Shown piece by piece: positions 42,190-56,100 of a stretch of DNA of 64,000 nt. The notes beneath the pieces are model-generated. The model had not been told where the DNA came from and ran no database searches. It saw nothing but the letters and a program-made list of their open reading frames with translations. This stretch comes from Pseudovirgaria hyperparasitica. Lineage: Eukaryota. Where the stretch lies: NCBI GenBank assembly GCA_010093815.1, contig ML996594.1, one strand, 5' to 3'. Every line of letters begins with the position of its first letter. The stretch's first letter is position 1. Made by a program: the position numbers and the translations under genes.

Positions 42190-44499
42190 GGTATAACTAT
42201 ATTAAGTAATATAAAACTACTACTATATATATTATAAAGATCGCCAATAGTAGTCTAGTAGAATATAGATAGTCTATAGCTCTATAAGACATAGAGTATA
42301 TATTTACTCTAGTATAGCTTCTTTAGAATATACCGCTAGCTAACTAGCTTATATATATTATTAAGCTACTCTAGGCTAGAGACTACTAATATACTAGTAC
42401 TAGCCGCTACCTCTATACTACTAGAGATTTTAGTATTTATTATATATATATCTACTACTAGTATCTACTATAGAAACGTCTCCGTCTTATTTAAACCTTA
42501 ATATAATTTCTTTACTATAATATAAGATTACTCTAGTAGCTCTACTAATATTAGATATAACGAACTATAGTACTTTATAGTATTAACTAGGTATAATAAT
42601 ATATAGAACTTCGGAAAGTTAAAATAATTATCCTCTAATTTATCTCTATAATATAGTATAAACTAGTATATTAGATTATCTAGGTATAATATAGTCTCTT
42701 CTAAGTATACTAGTATCTATATATTATATATATAGTATACTACTAATATATATATATATATTAACGACCGCCCGTACTACGCTTAGAAAGTATTAATTAT
42801 AATATAGAAGCGGTTTAAACGTAACTATAAATACTACTACTATATACTTAAACATTGCCCCCGTTTATTATATTACTAAAGTTATATATATAAGTAGATT
42901 ATAATAACTAAATACCCTAATAGACGTAAATTACTTATTAATCGTCTTCTTTACTTATTCTATAGAGGGTATACTAGTAAATATACCCTTTAATCTATAT
43001 TCTATACGCTCTTAATTAATAATATATAAGACTATCTAATTAAACGTATATTCTAATATACCCTTATATAGTTAATATAGAATATCCGGAGCGACCACGC
43101 GGTATATATTAACTCTAGTAAGTAACTAGACGAAATTATCTAATAGCTCTATCTATCTACTAGAATACTAACTCTTAACTAATTAGTAAATATAATAGCT
43201 CTATACTACTAGCGTGAAAGATATCGACGAAAACAATAAGATACTAGGTATACTTATTCTATTATCTATCTTACTACTAGTATACTTACTACTATAGCTA
43301 TTAGTTATTAACTTATAATATATATAGTAAATCTATTTCTATAATAATAAGTATATATAGAACTTCTATATACTAGTAATAGCTTCTCGTAGATACTATC
43401 GTCTATTACTAGAGACTATATATATTAGATATATATACTAATAGAATACACCTGTAATAAGTATCTACTCTAGAAAATCTATAATATATAAAGCTAAATA
43501 TAGATAGTACTTATATAAGCCGCTATTAGTATATAATACTAATACTCTAGTACTTTATATAGTCTATAATACTATATAATAATTAGTATAGTTAACGACT
43601 CTATTATAGGCGGATATATAGGCTAGAACTTTACTTATAACCTAATAGAATATAAAGTAATTTACTACTATTTCTAGCTTAACTACTAGTAATAGAGTAA
43701 GTAGTAGAAATAATAGTAGACTTCTAGATAAGTGGACGTTTAGTAGTAGATTATAAATAGATAGATAGACTAGCTATACTACTCTATTACTACTATAGTT
43801 AGTAAGGTTTATCTTATCTAAAGATAAAATAATAGAGATAATAATAGTACTATCTAGAATAGTAGCGTATATATTCTACTAACTATCTACTATATAGACT
43901 TTACTATATACCTAGTCGCCTAAACTAGTAAATTATTATACTAGCTTAAATATAAGCTTACTAGTAAATAGTTAGTATCTAAGAAGGAATTCTACTAACG
44001 TAAGCGGATTCCTATACTAGTATTTAACTATAGTAGTACTAAATATATTATAGCTATACTACTAACTTTTATATAGTATCTCTTTAGGGTAGTATAATAA
44101 CTACTTATATATAATATTAGATTTTAGTATAAAAAGGTTAGAAGGTATAGTAGAAGTCTATTTAAGGATAGTAGTTAATTTATTATATACTATATTTAAA
44201 ATACTAAACTAATTTATCTATATTATAAGGCGCTCTATAAACTTACTATTAAATTAATTAAATCGGGCCTACTAAATTAGTTACTATTATAAACCTAGAC
44301 CATATATACTTACGTTAGACGGATTATTACGTCTACTCTAGTCTACTATAATATATATACCGCTCTCTTCTTTAAACGTTTTTATTAAATATATAGTACT
44401 AGATACCCTTATTACTATAGATATAGTATTTCTACTATATATATTAGACTAATATACTAAATTAGTACTATAGCTACTAGTAACGCCCTCTATAGATTC

Positions 44500-47400
44500 T
44501 AGGTCCGAAATAGAATTAGAGAATATAGTAGTATCTTTATATAGGGCCGTATTAGTAGTAGAAGTATCTAATTCTATAGACTTAGACTTCTAATTAATAC
44601 TTAGTAGCTAAATACTAATAGAGCGAACTAAAGAGTTCTATTAACTAATATAACTATAAGTACTAAACCTACGCTATAACCTAGTTAATAGTAGTAGCTA
44701 TAGATCTAATAGTTATAATAATAATAGTAATATAGTAAGCTATACTTATCTATACGGTTCCGAGTTATAGTACCTATAGATTATATAGTATATACTACTA
44801 ATCCTTCTACTATAGTATTAGTAGAAGACTATAGTCTATAGTATCTTAAGGTATAGTTACTATAAAGAAAATATACTATAGTATAATTATTAGTAGATAG
44901 TAATAATATAGTATATAATAGATATTCTAGGCGTATACTAGAAGAAGTTAGGTATAAGCCCGTCGAAAGTCTAATATATATCTACTAACCTCTAACTTCT
45001 ACCTAGCTCTTAGCCCCTTAATTCCTATATATACTTACTTAAAATTATTAATAATAATATATAAGTATTACGCGTCTATAAAAACACTATATTAGTCTAT
45101 ATCTAAACCTTTATTATATCTACTAGCTAGTTATTATCCCGCTATCTAATATTATTACCTAGTAGGTTACTAATCTATAGCTAATAAAAATATCTACTAA
45201 TCTCTTATATATCTTCTCTATAGAATCTCTAATATAGAAGATAGTTAAGGGGCTATCTAGCTACTATAGTAGTAATACTAATAAAAGATAATCTAGTAAC
45301 TATAGTAAACTAAATAGGATAGATAAACGAAGATATAATATAATATAGATATATATTAGTATTAATAATAGGGACTTATATAATAGCTATTAATATAAAA
45401 AATATATATATATATATCTAGCTTATCTTAATGTGTTCGTTTATCTACTAATAAACTAGTAGTCTAGATATACTAGTAGTAAATATAGTAGTAATACTCT
45501 ATATAGCTTAGATATTATAGTAATATTCTACTATAATAGTAACTAGGGATATAACGGCCTTACGTTCTCTTCTCTACTATATTAGCTATCTAGCTTAATA
45601 GAAGAAGATAGAGAAATAGTAGTAGAGAGGGAACTAACTATCTATAAAAAGAGGCGGTTCTATAGAGATAGTCTCTAGTCTTATAAACGAGACTAGTACC
45701 TTATAATAATAGAGATTTTAATTACTATTATGTTTTTAGACCAGTTACTACTAGTATTTAATTGCCTTAATATATAGCTAGATAGTAGTCTAGATAGTTT
45801 TAGAATACTAGTATAATCGATCTAGATAGCCGCCGGAGATATTAATCTTAGTAGCTACTATCTTAATTATAATTTATAAAATATACCTCCCGCCTATATT
45901 ATTATACTAGTAAAGAAAGATATAATAGACTTCTATTACTAACTTCTCTCTAGAGTTAGATAGATAGTATCTAAATACTAGAACTAAAAGATAGCTAAGA
46001 AGAGAAAAGCTAGTATAAGTAATCTAATATATAATAACATATATATAGAAGTAAAGGTATATTACTTATATTATATTAGATATATTACTAATTATTAGTA
46101 TAATACTAGTATAACTTAGAAAATATTTATAGAGCTAGTAGTAATTAAGACTCTAAAGTTAGTTCTATTATAGTCTCTAAGATTCCTTAGATTAAAGGGG
46201 TACTATAGTAGTATATTCTAACCGATTCTACTATCTATAATTACTATTATATATATTATAATAAGGTATACCCTTAATAAATATAGTAGCGGGTAGGTGC
46301 TAAACTTATTCTTTAGTTACTATAGATTTATATACTCTCTACTAATACTAGGTATATATATATACCTTTATCTAATTATATACTAAATTATATAGAGGAA
46401 TAGTAAGTACTAAGTCTAATATAGTCGAACTAGGCGCCCTACTATATTAACTATATTTAAAAATCGCTAATAGTATTAGTATTCGTAGTACTAATACTAA
46501 TTAACCTAGATACTATATATATAAATCTATATAAAGATAACCTAGATAACTTCTCTAAAGTAGATATAGATAACTTAGATAAGAGCGAGGAGTCTAAGCT
46601 ATTAGATAATATAAGTATATACTAAAGTTATAGAAGCTATATAGATACTAACTACTATAAAAAGAATAAGTTAGATACTCTAAACTAGTTAGATAAGTAC
46701 CTTAAATTATCTTATATACTATTAGATATAGATAAGAGTTCTATACTACTAGTAGTAGCTACGGATAAGATTATACTATCTTAGATATTAAGTATAGATC
46801 TACTCTAAGTAACCACGGAAATAGTAAATAATAGTATATATATATAGTATAAATAAGTCTATTACTAACTTATTATCTCTAGTTATAGCTACCTTAACTA
46901 GTAGTCTATCTACTCTAACTAATACTTAAATTAAAATAAAGTTAGATAGTAGCGGACGTTTAAGTTAGGTCTTTAACCTATATATAAAGAGTATATACTT
47001 TTAAGAGAAGTCGGATATTAGTATATAACTAGAGAACTATATAGACTACTATAAGACTAAATAGATAATATAAGAGAGAATAAAAATAGTAACTAGAAAT
47101 ATAGAGGGAAGTATCTAGTAGAAGAAAAGGTTATTAAAGATAGTTCTAGATAAGGATATCTTTTAATAGATAAAGAATACTATCTAAAGGTAGAAGAAAG
47201 GAAGGTCTACTATATTTTATTATAGCTATATAGTCGGAGAGAGCTTAGAATAGTACTATTACATTGAGTTCCTAGTCTAATTAATATTAAACCTCTACTC
47301 TCTATTATATATTATCTTTCTAGTATTAAATTTAAAGACTATAATTAAATATACTAAAGATATAATTTAGAATAATAAGATATATAGAGTTATAGAGATA

Positions 47401-47500
47401 CTTTAGATAAAGATATTACTTTAGAAAAGAGACTTCTATTAAAATAGATAGAGTATATAGAGTAGATAGAGTAGATAGAGTAGATAGAGAAGCTAAAATA
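44500..47500 (+). pseudogene. Possible second, degenerate SNF2-like gene relic
   Basis: De-RIP LVIIP.SNIITQW (45127-45165), YSAT (45524), SGQVLNL (46288) and QxxxGRTGR (~46410-46437). Motifs are not all in one frame and no Walker A/B was found. Confidence 0.3.
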
Positions 47501-47597
47501 CTAGATACTATTTATTCTATAAGAGTGATTAGTATATAGTAAATAAGTAGTACTAGTAAGCTAATTAGTATTAAGAAAATAACTAGTACTAATTATC

Positions 47598-47770
47598 CCG
47601 TTAGTATAAATAGTACGTTTAGTATAAACGGGACGTTTAGTATAACTAGTACGTTTAGTACTAACGGGATATTTAGTATAACTAGTACGCTTAGTACTAA
47701 CGGGACGTTTAGTATAACTAGTATATTTAGTATAAACGAGACCTTTAGTATAAGCGGGATACTTAGTAGA
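47598..47770. repeat. Right subterminal 18-bp minisatellite, ~9-10 units
   Basis: Units such as CGTTTAGTATAAACGGGA and CGTTTAGTATAACTAGTA. Confidence 0.85.
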
Positions 47771-47900
47771 AATTATATAAAGCCGTTCTATTAGAATAGA
47801 TAGTAAGTAGATCCGTCTAATAAATATAATAGAATAAAAGAATACTTAGGGAGTACTTAGAAGTACTTAGGAGCGCCGTATCTTTCCTAATATTATATTC

Positions 47901-48356
47901 TATAATATCTTCTATAGTTATATAAAATATTATATAAGTTATTAGTATAATAGTTTATAAGATATAGTTATTAGTAGAGATAGTTATAGATAGACTATTC
48001 TTCTTATTTAAGTTTAGAGAAGATCTACTATAAGAGATAGTACTATAAGTATTATAATAAGTAGTTAGAGCTATTTCTATAAACTACTATTATACTATAT
48101 AAAGAGGAATTAAAATATAAGAATTATAGATATAAAATAGTAGTCTAATAGATTATAGAAGGATTTAGAAATATATTTAAAAGAGTAGTCTACTCTTATA
48201 ATAAGGTTAATTTCTAAAGAGTAGAAATTAAGTATATATAGTCTACTTATATAGTACCTTCGCTTAATCTAGCTAACTTAATCTAGATTTATCTATTACG
48301 GGACTATACTAGACTATAGTAGTCTAGTTAAGTCTATTCTAGTACTTATTCTAATA
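47901..48356 (-). repeat. 5' LTR of left Gypsy B (~456 bp)
   Basis: Reverse complement of 50415-50870; both begin TATTAGAAT. The inner end is inferred. Confidence 0.8.
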
Positions 48357-50414
48357 ACTATAGATAACTAAGATAGAGTAGACCTTACTTAGGGATACCC
48401 TTATAAATAAGATTAAATACTAGATAGTATATATAGAAAGAGAGATTAAGAAGAGAGAAACTACCCTTCTTAATAGCTTCTAGAGTCTAGTCTAGAATAT
48501 CTAAGAACTTACTATAGAAGTAAAGTAGATACCGGAGTTAAACCTAGAATCTAGACTAGACTAGATTAAGACTAGTCTATTAAAGATCTAGATAGACCTT
48601 ATCTAGAAAAAATACTCTAGTATATAGATATAAGTTACTATACTAATAGATAGTATAACTAGAATAGCTTAAATACTAAGAATATCTAAGAGAGGAGTAT
48701 ATAGTATATAAGTTACTATCTAGGATAAAGTAATACTTATATAGATCTAATAAGCGTCCCTAAAGGATATTATTAATAAAATTAATAACTAGAAAGAGAT
48801 ATAGTTAAATATAGTTATAGCTAAACTTACTCTAGAAGGTATAGTACTAACTACTACTACTAATATAGTCTAGTAGACTATCTCTTATAATCTAAATATA
48901 ATTAATAATATCTTCTCTAGTATATATATCTATATAAATATATATCTATTATAGATATATACTATTACTATCTAGAGCTATATTATTAGAAATAATAATA
49001 TTAAGTAAATAGAGTAATCTAATAACTAGAAGTACCCTAGAATTAAGATTATAAAGGTATAGTAGAAAAATATATAGAGAATTAAGGTAAAATTAAAAAA
49101 ATACTCTACTATAATAGTAGAGCTCTAAGACCCTACCCTTATCTATTAGATTATATAAGAAGACTTTTTAGCTAAGAGAGAGTTACTTATAGTAGAACTA
49201 TAGAATAGAGTATAGATAATAATCTAATACTTTAACTATTAGAGATATAGATATACTAGATAGAGATAGTCTTAGAAGACTATCTATAGATAGTACTAAT
49301 AGAACTATAGTATCTAGAAATACTTCTATAGAGCTTAGAGTAATAGTATATATAATAGAGATACTACTAAGTATATTAACTATAATAGAAAATATCTATT
49401 CTAGTTAGTAATATATATAAAACATAAGTAAGTTACTAAGTATATTAATACTATAAAGATAAGAGAGGTAAGATAGATATACTAGGCTATAAGGCCTCTA
49501 CTAACTATTCTAACCTTACTATCTACTCTAATCTTATTTATAAATATATTAACTAATCTATAAGGGGGTAGTAATAATATATAATAGTATACTATATAGA
49601 GGAAGATAGACTAATCTAGAGATATACTTTAAGTAGCTACTATATAAGGGTAATCACGCCTTAATACTACTAGTATATAGACTTAAGTATTCCCTAGTAT
49701 ATAATAAGAAGCTAAGATATACTTATTATTATATAGATAAATATATAATATAAATAAGAAAACTAGACTATACTTCTAGAAGAGATAGATACTATAATAA
49801 TAGCTATTTAGAAGCTATATAAATACTACTAAACTAATAAACTAATAATATATCTAGAATACTATACTATCTACTCTCTAGGCCCGGGTAGAAGAGTTCT
49901 ATTCTATATATATAAATTAATCCCGCTCTTAGAATAGTTCTATATAGAATAAGACGACCTCTAGATAATACTATATCTCTAGATAAATATAGAGTCTCTC
50001 TATATCTATAATATCTATAACTAGAGAGAATTACTTATACTAGACGCTATACTAGAGAGTATTATAGTACTAGAATAATATATTCTTCTAGGTAACTTTA
50101 ATCTCTACTATAGATAGTAGAGAGGCCTAATAGTTATAAGGGAAGAACTTACAGTAAGAGAACTATATATAAGGTACTATAACCTTCTATATCTTCTTAT
50201 ACTAGTTAGATAAATTATATAGAGGAAATATAAATAAGATAAGAAAGAATCTATACTTAACCTTACCCTTACTATAGAATATATAAGCTATAGAGTATAA
50301 TACTACTATCTAAGTAAGATATAGATAGACTCTAACTATAAGTATATAGAGACTATAATAGATATATCTATATCTAATAAATAATACGAAAGATAGCTAT
50401 AGAAAGATACTAAC
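48357..50414 (+). mobile_element. Fragment of an older, different LINE (ORF1 end + APE endonuclease)
   Basis: De-RIP AIQEP (~49803), IHNIYN (~50005), LLGDFNLHH (~50084-50110), TLDL (~50253) and SDH (~50330); truncated on both sides by Gypsy B LTRs. Confidence 0.75.
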
Positions 50415-52640
50415 TATTAGAATTAATTCTAGGGTAGACTTAACTAGACTACTATAGTCTAGTATAGTCCCGTAATAGATAAATCTAGATTAAGTTAGCT
50501 AGATTAAGCGAAGGTACTATATAAGTAGACTATATATACTTAATTTCTACTCTTTAGAAATTAACCTTATTATAAGAGTAGACTACCCTTTTAAATATAT
50601 TTCTAAATCCTTCTATAATCTATTAGACTACTATTTTATATCTATAATTCTTATATTTTAATTCCTCTTTATATAGTATAATAGTAGTTTATAGAAATAG
50701 CTCTAACTACTTATTATAATACTTATAGTACTATCTCTTATAGTAGATCTTCTCTAAACTTAAATAAGAAGAATAGTCTATCTATAACTATCTCTACTAA
50801 TAACTATATCTTATAAACTATTATACTAATAACTTATATAATATTTTATATAACTATAGAAGATATTATAGAATATAAGAATAGAGTCTATTATACTCTA
50901 TCTTAGTCTAGTTTAAACTATACTAGATCTAACCTTAATATAAGACTAGACCCTATTAATATTAATAAGCTAATTTATTAGAACCATCTAATATTAACTA
51001 TACCCTATAATAATATATATACTAGACTATATAAAGAGAGATAATATTAGACTTAATTTAAGTAATAACTATATAAACTTAATAAAGCTTAAGAATATAC
51101 TATAAGATAACTTAAAGCTATATTATATACTTTAGTTCTAGTAATAATTAATTTATATCTATATAGATCTATACTAACTAAAATAGTCTATTCTAGTCTA
51201 CTACTATCTTAATTACTCTAATCTAAGAAACTATCTTACTTTAATAGTAAAAGTAAAAAGAGTCTCTATATATAGATTTACTAATATAGCTAATTCTTTT
51301 ATCTATTTATAAATAATAGTAATAAAATTAGATTTATCTAGAACTACTCTAATCTAATACCTTTAGAATATTAGATAGTATACTAAATTAAATACTCTAA
51401 GAATATCTATAACTAGAATATATTTACTAAATTTCTTCTTTAATATTTCAGTAATAGAGCTAAATAATATAACTAGACCTAGAGCTATATCTTTAAGACT
51501 TAATAATAAGATAATTAGTTACTATTATAACTTCTTAAATATCTTTAGTCTCTCTAGAGAGAAGCTAAAGAAGATTATATAATTTAATACTATAATAACT
51601 TTAAATAGTCTCTTACTCTAAATATAAAGAACTATCTTAATCTTATAATAATAATCTCTATAGATCTCTAAGCTCTTATAAATCTTATAAAGTAATACTA
51701 GTATATAATAAATAACTAATATTATACTAGTATATAACTATCTCTAATAATCTAATCTAATATAAAATTATCTAACTAAAGCCGATTTAGTAATAGACCT
51801 TATAGAATATTATAAGATTACTACTACTTCTTAAACTTAAGAATACGAGAATTATATTATAGATCTCTCTACTAATTAATATATTAAGATATAAGAATTA
51901 ACTTATATAAATAATCTAAAGTTACTTACTATATCTATAGTAGAATAGACTATATAGTACTTAAGTACTATTTAGAGAAACTACTAAGTACTAATATAAC
52001 TAACTAATTAGTTATATATTATAAGTACTAGTAGCTAGAATATATTATATCTAACTATCTAATATAGAATATAAAAAACTAATAGTCTATAAGAAACTCT
52101 TATAACTTATAGATATAACTATAATAGAGAGATAACCTACTAAATAGTATATTAAACTATAGACTAGATCTATTAAGGTCCCTTATAGATAATATTAGAC
52201 TATAATACTTAATAGTAGTTTAGCTACTAACGTTATATTAATCTAATAAGTATAAGAACTTAATATTAATATCTAAGCTCTAATAGATACTATATTCTAT
52301 AGTATTAATAGTTCTATTAAGTTATACGGAATCTATACTACTTAATATAGTATCTAGAATAGTAGAAGGAAATAGAAACCCTACTACTCTACCTTTATTA
52401 TAGTAGATAGTTTCTTTAATATAATTCTAGATATACTATAGCTTAAAAAATATAATCCGAAACTAGATTTTATTAAGAAAATAGCTAGCTAGTATATAAA
52501 CCTACCTTAATAGAAACTAGTATAGCTTATTAATAATAAATAATTCTAGAAAGATTATAAGAAGATAATCTCTACTATCTATATACTTTTACTTATCTAA
52601 AATAGTAAGCTTAGTATTAAAGTAGATAAAAACCTACTAT

Positions 52641-52724
52641 ATTAGTATAAAATATACTAATATATTATATTAGTATAAAATATACTAATATATTATATTA
52701 GTATAAAATATACTAATATATTAT
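52641..52724 (+). repeat. 28-bp unit triplicated
   Basis: ATTAGTATAAAATATACTAATATATTAT x3; only one unit in the left Gypsy B copy (~18335-18365). Confidence 0.85.
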
Positions 52725-54913
52725 ATTAGTAATTAATTCCTCTAAATTACCTTAATACTAATCTACTAATCTTACTATTAATCTTTAAGATAGCTAATAA
52801 CCTTTATATAGACCTATCTACTCTCTTTTAGAATCTAAACTAGAAGTTCTTTAAGAATATATTAAAAAGAATCTTATATAAGAATAGATTAGATCTAGTA
52901 TATCTCTAGCTAGATCTCTAATTCTCTTTATAAAGAAGAAGAATAGAAGTCTCTATCTATATACTAACTACTATAGTCTAAATAATATTATATAAAAGAA
53001 TTATTATCTACTACCTCTTATCTCTAAATCTATTAATAAACTAGAATATATAAAGATCTTTACTAAGCTTAATCTATATAATATCTACTATCGCCTTTAT
53101 AGTAAGAAGGGTAGTAAATAGAAAATAGCCTTTAGAATCTATTATAGATACTTTAAGTATACTATAGTCTCTTTTAGACTAACTAATATACTAGATACCT
53201 TTTAAGTATATATTAATAATATACTAGTAGATCTACTTAATATAATATATATTATATACCTAGATAATATTCTTATCTTCTTAGATAATAAGGAGGAGTA
53301 TATCTAGTATATATATATAGTTCTAGATAGACTAGAAAAGTATAAGCTATATATTAAGCTATCTAAATATAAGTTCTATTAGAACTATATTAACTTTCTT
53401 AGCTTTATTATTACTAACTAAGATATAACTATAGAGAGAGATAGAGTTATTACTATTATAGACTAGTCTAAACTAAAATCTATTTAAGATATATATATCT
53501 TTATTAGCTTTACTAACTACTATTAAAAATTTATTAAATACTTCTTCTATTTAGCCGTACTACTTAATATATATACTACTACTACTAATTTATCTATTAT
53601 AGTCTATAGTAGATAGAAATAGTATAATATTAAGTTATAATCTATTAAATTAATAGAGGTTAAAAGAATATCCTTTAAGAAGATTAAAGAAGTATTTATA
53701 ACTACTCTATTACTAGTATACTTTAATCTAACTAAATCTATTTATATTAAAACTAATATATTAGAATTTATAATCTTAGATATACTCTTCTAGTCTAGAC
53801 TAATAGAGTCTAAAAAGGTCTAATAGTATCTAGTTATATTCTTCTTATATAAGATAGCTAATATTAAGACTAGATATACTATTTATAACTAAGAGCTACT
53901 AGTAGTAGTAGAGTTATTTAAGTAGTAGTAATATTATCTTAAAGGTACTATAGATAATATTAAGTTACTAACTAATTACTATAACTTAGAGAGATTTATA
54001 AGTATAATAGTTTTAAATTATTAATAGATCTAATAGGCTAAGTAGCTTATAAATTTCTACTTTATAATCTACTATTAACCTAGAAGTATAAATCTAGCTA
54101 ATAAAATATTAAGAAGACCTAACTATAAAGAAGGCGCCTAGAACTATAGTAGCTATAGGGTTCTAGAGTAGCTATAGATCTAACTCTTAAGAATAAGATT
54201 AGATAATAAGTTATTAAATAATTAGTAAGATACTAATACTAATACTAGTAATTAAATTCATAAGACTAAAGCTAGTAACTAAAGATATAGTACTAAAGTT
54301 TCTAGCGAGCTATTTATTAACGCTATTAGAGAGGATAATAGTACCTAGTATATATATTAAGTAGATCTTATCTAGTTAATTATAGATCTATAAAAGATAG
54401 ATCTAATAGTTTTAAAGTTATATAAAATATAGTAAGATAAGTTATTATAGACTAAAGTAGACTATAAGTAGATCTTTATAGATAGCTTACTCTACTATAA
54501 TAGAAAGTACTATATACTAATAGATAATATATAATTTACTATAGTTAGCTAATACTATAACGCTAACCTAGTAGAACATTTTAGATATATATATACCCTA
54601 AGCTTAATTTATTAGTACTATTTTTAGAAAGATATACCTAAGTATATTAAAGAATAGATAGCTACTTATCTAATTTATTAAAGAATAAAGGCACCTAGAT
54701 ATAAGCTATATAGAAATTTATAGCCTCTACTAGTCCCTTACTTTATATAGAAAGATATTACTATAGATTTTATAGTTAACTTATCTCTAAGTAAGATACT
54801 TAGAATAAGTTATAATTTAATTCTTATTATTATAGATAGACTTATAAAGATATCTAGGTATATTCCTATATAGAAGATAATTATATTAAAAGAACTAGTA
54901 TAAGTATTCTAGA

Positions 54914-55846
54914 GGCTAGGTGGCGTAGTAGTAGTATACTACGTTACTAGAAGCGTTTATCATCTAACGTCGTGGGTTCAAATCCTATAACAGCCACCTT
55001 TTTACACACTAGTTTTCGTATACTCTATTAAAAAGTATACGGGGCTAAGCGAGCACGTGACGTAAAGGTTATCGTTATATAACTACTTAGTTCTAAGCGA
55101 CTATTAGGTAATATAAAAATGACTATACCATTATTACATAATAAGAATTATCTAATATAGCTACCTACTAAGCTACCTTAAGTAGTAGAGTGACGCCTAG
55201 AGCGGCTAGACCCATAACTAGCTTAGCTCGAATCATAGAATTTTCACTATATACCGGGGCCTTATCTACCCTAATCCGGCTTAGCTCGCGCTTACTCCGG
55301 CTCGGTAACCACGAAATAGACGGTAATACCTAATTAAGTATCCCGTCTATCTATAGACGATTATATAGCCCCGAAGAATAATTTCCGAATTCGGCCTAGC
55401 TAGGGTTAGTACTAAGGCATGGACCTATTAGATATACACCCCCTCCGGTATTAGTTATCTTAATTAATAACTACTACCTAGCGCAAAGCTATATTCCTAT
55501 AGATAGGAAAAAACACGGTAATATAGGAATAAAAAACTAGGCCTAGCCTAGCGACCTACCTAATTATAAGAAAGGTAATACCTACTATAGTTAGTTAGGG
55601 CGTTATTAAGAGCCGGTACTAATATAATAATAAAAGCCTAATATAAGGATAAGAAGTAAGTTTATCACCTAATAGAATTCGAGGACTTAGACTAGGCTAG
55701 GTTAGGTTAGTAATAGGGTCTAGTTAGGGAGCCAATCATAGGAGGTTTTCTTATATATATAGTAGCTAATACTAGAGGAGGCCTAAGCCTATGGAGCATA
55801 TATATAGCTATATATATAGTTCTTCCTAGTTAAACACTAATATTAT
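54914..55846 (+). mobile_element. tRNA-derived SINE, copy 3
   Basis: Colinear with copy 1; 15-bp TSD TATAAGTATTCTAGA (54899-54913, 55847-55861). Confidence 0.9.
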
Positions 55847-56100
55847 TATAAGTATTCTAGAATAAGGTTATTAAGGTCTATAGTATACTAAAAAGAATTA
55901 TTATAGACTAAGGGAGTATATTCACGTCTAAATTCTAGATGTTATTCTATGAAATAGCCGGTATAAATAGAAATATATTAATAGTATTCTATCTATAAAT
56001 AGATAGTTAGATAGAGTAATAGAATTAAATACTTAAGGTCTACCTTTATATATTCTATAATTTTAAATAAGATAACTAGACCTCTCTACTAAGTATTATA

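Larger units (their letters stand above)
20126..47892. mobile_element. Large TIR-bounded DNA element (27,767 bp; ~21.5 kb without nested SINE and LINE) carrying helicase-like gene relics
   Basis: TATTAGGAAAGATACGG at 20126 is exactly inverted at 47876-47892, extending to ~35 bp with RIP-type mismatches. The flanks rejoin into contiguous Gypsy B sequence with TT duplicated (20124-20125, 47893-47894). Confidence 0.85.
1258..48356 (-). mobile_element. Ty3/Gypsy retrotransposon B, left copy (heavily RIP-mutated; fragments 1258-1510, 2467-3332, 16692-20125, 47893-48356)
   Basis: Fragments are colinear reverse complements of 50415-61873 once insertions are removed. RT YLDD relic at ~17791-17807; 5' LTR at 47901-48356. 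Confidence 0.85.

Noticed and set aside
20126..47892. Starship or Helitron-like assignment
   Set aside because: No DUF3435 tyrosine recombinase or Rep/PIF1 motifs were recognised, and the ends are symmetric TIRs. Not formally excluded without an HMM search.
47901..48356. Solo LTR
   Set aside because: It rejoins internal Gypsy B sequence at 20125 once the TIR element is removed.
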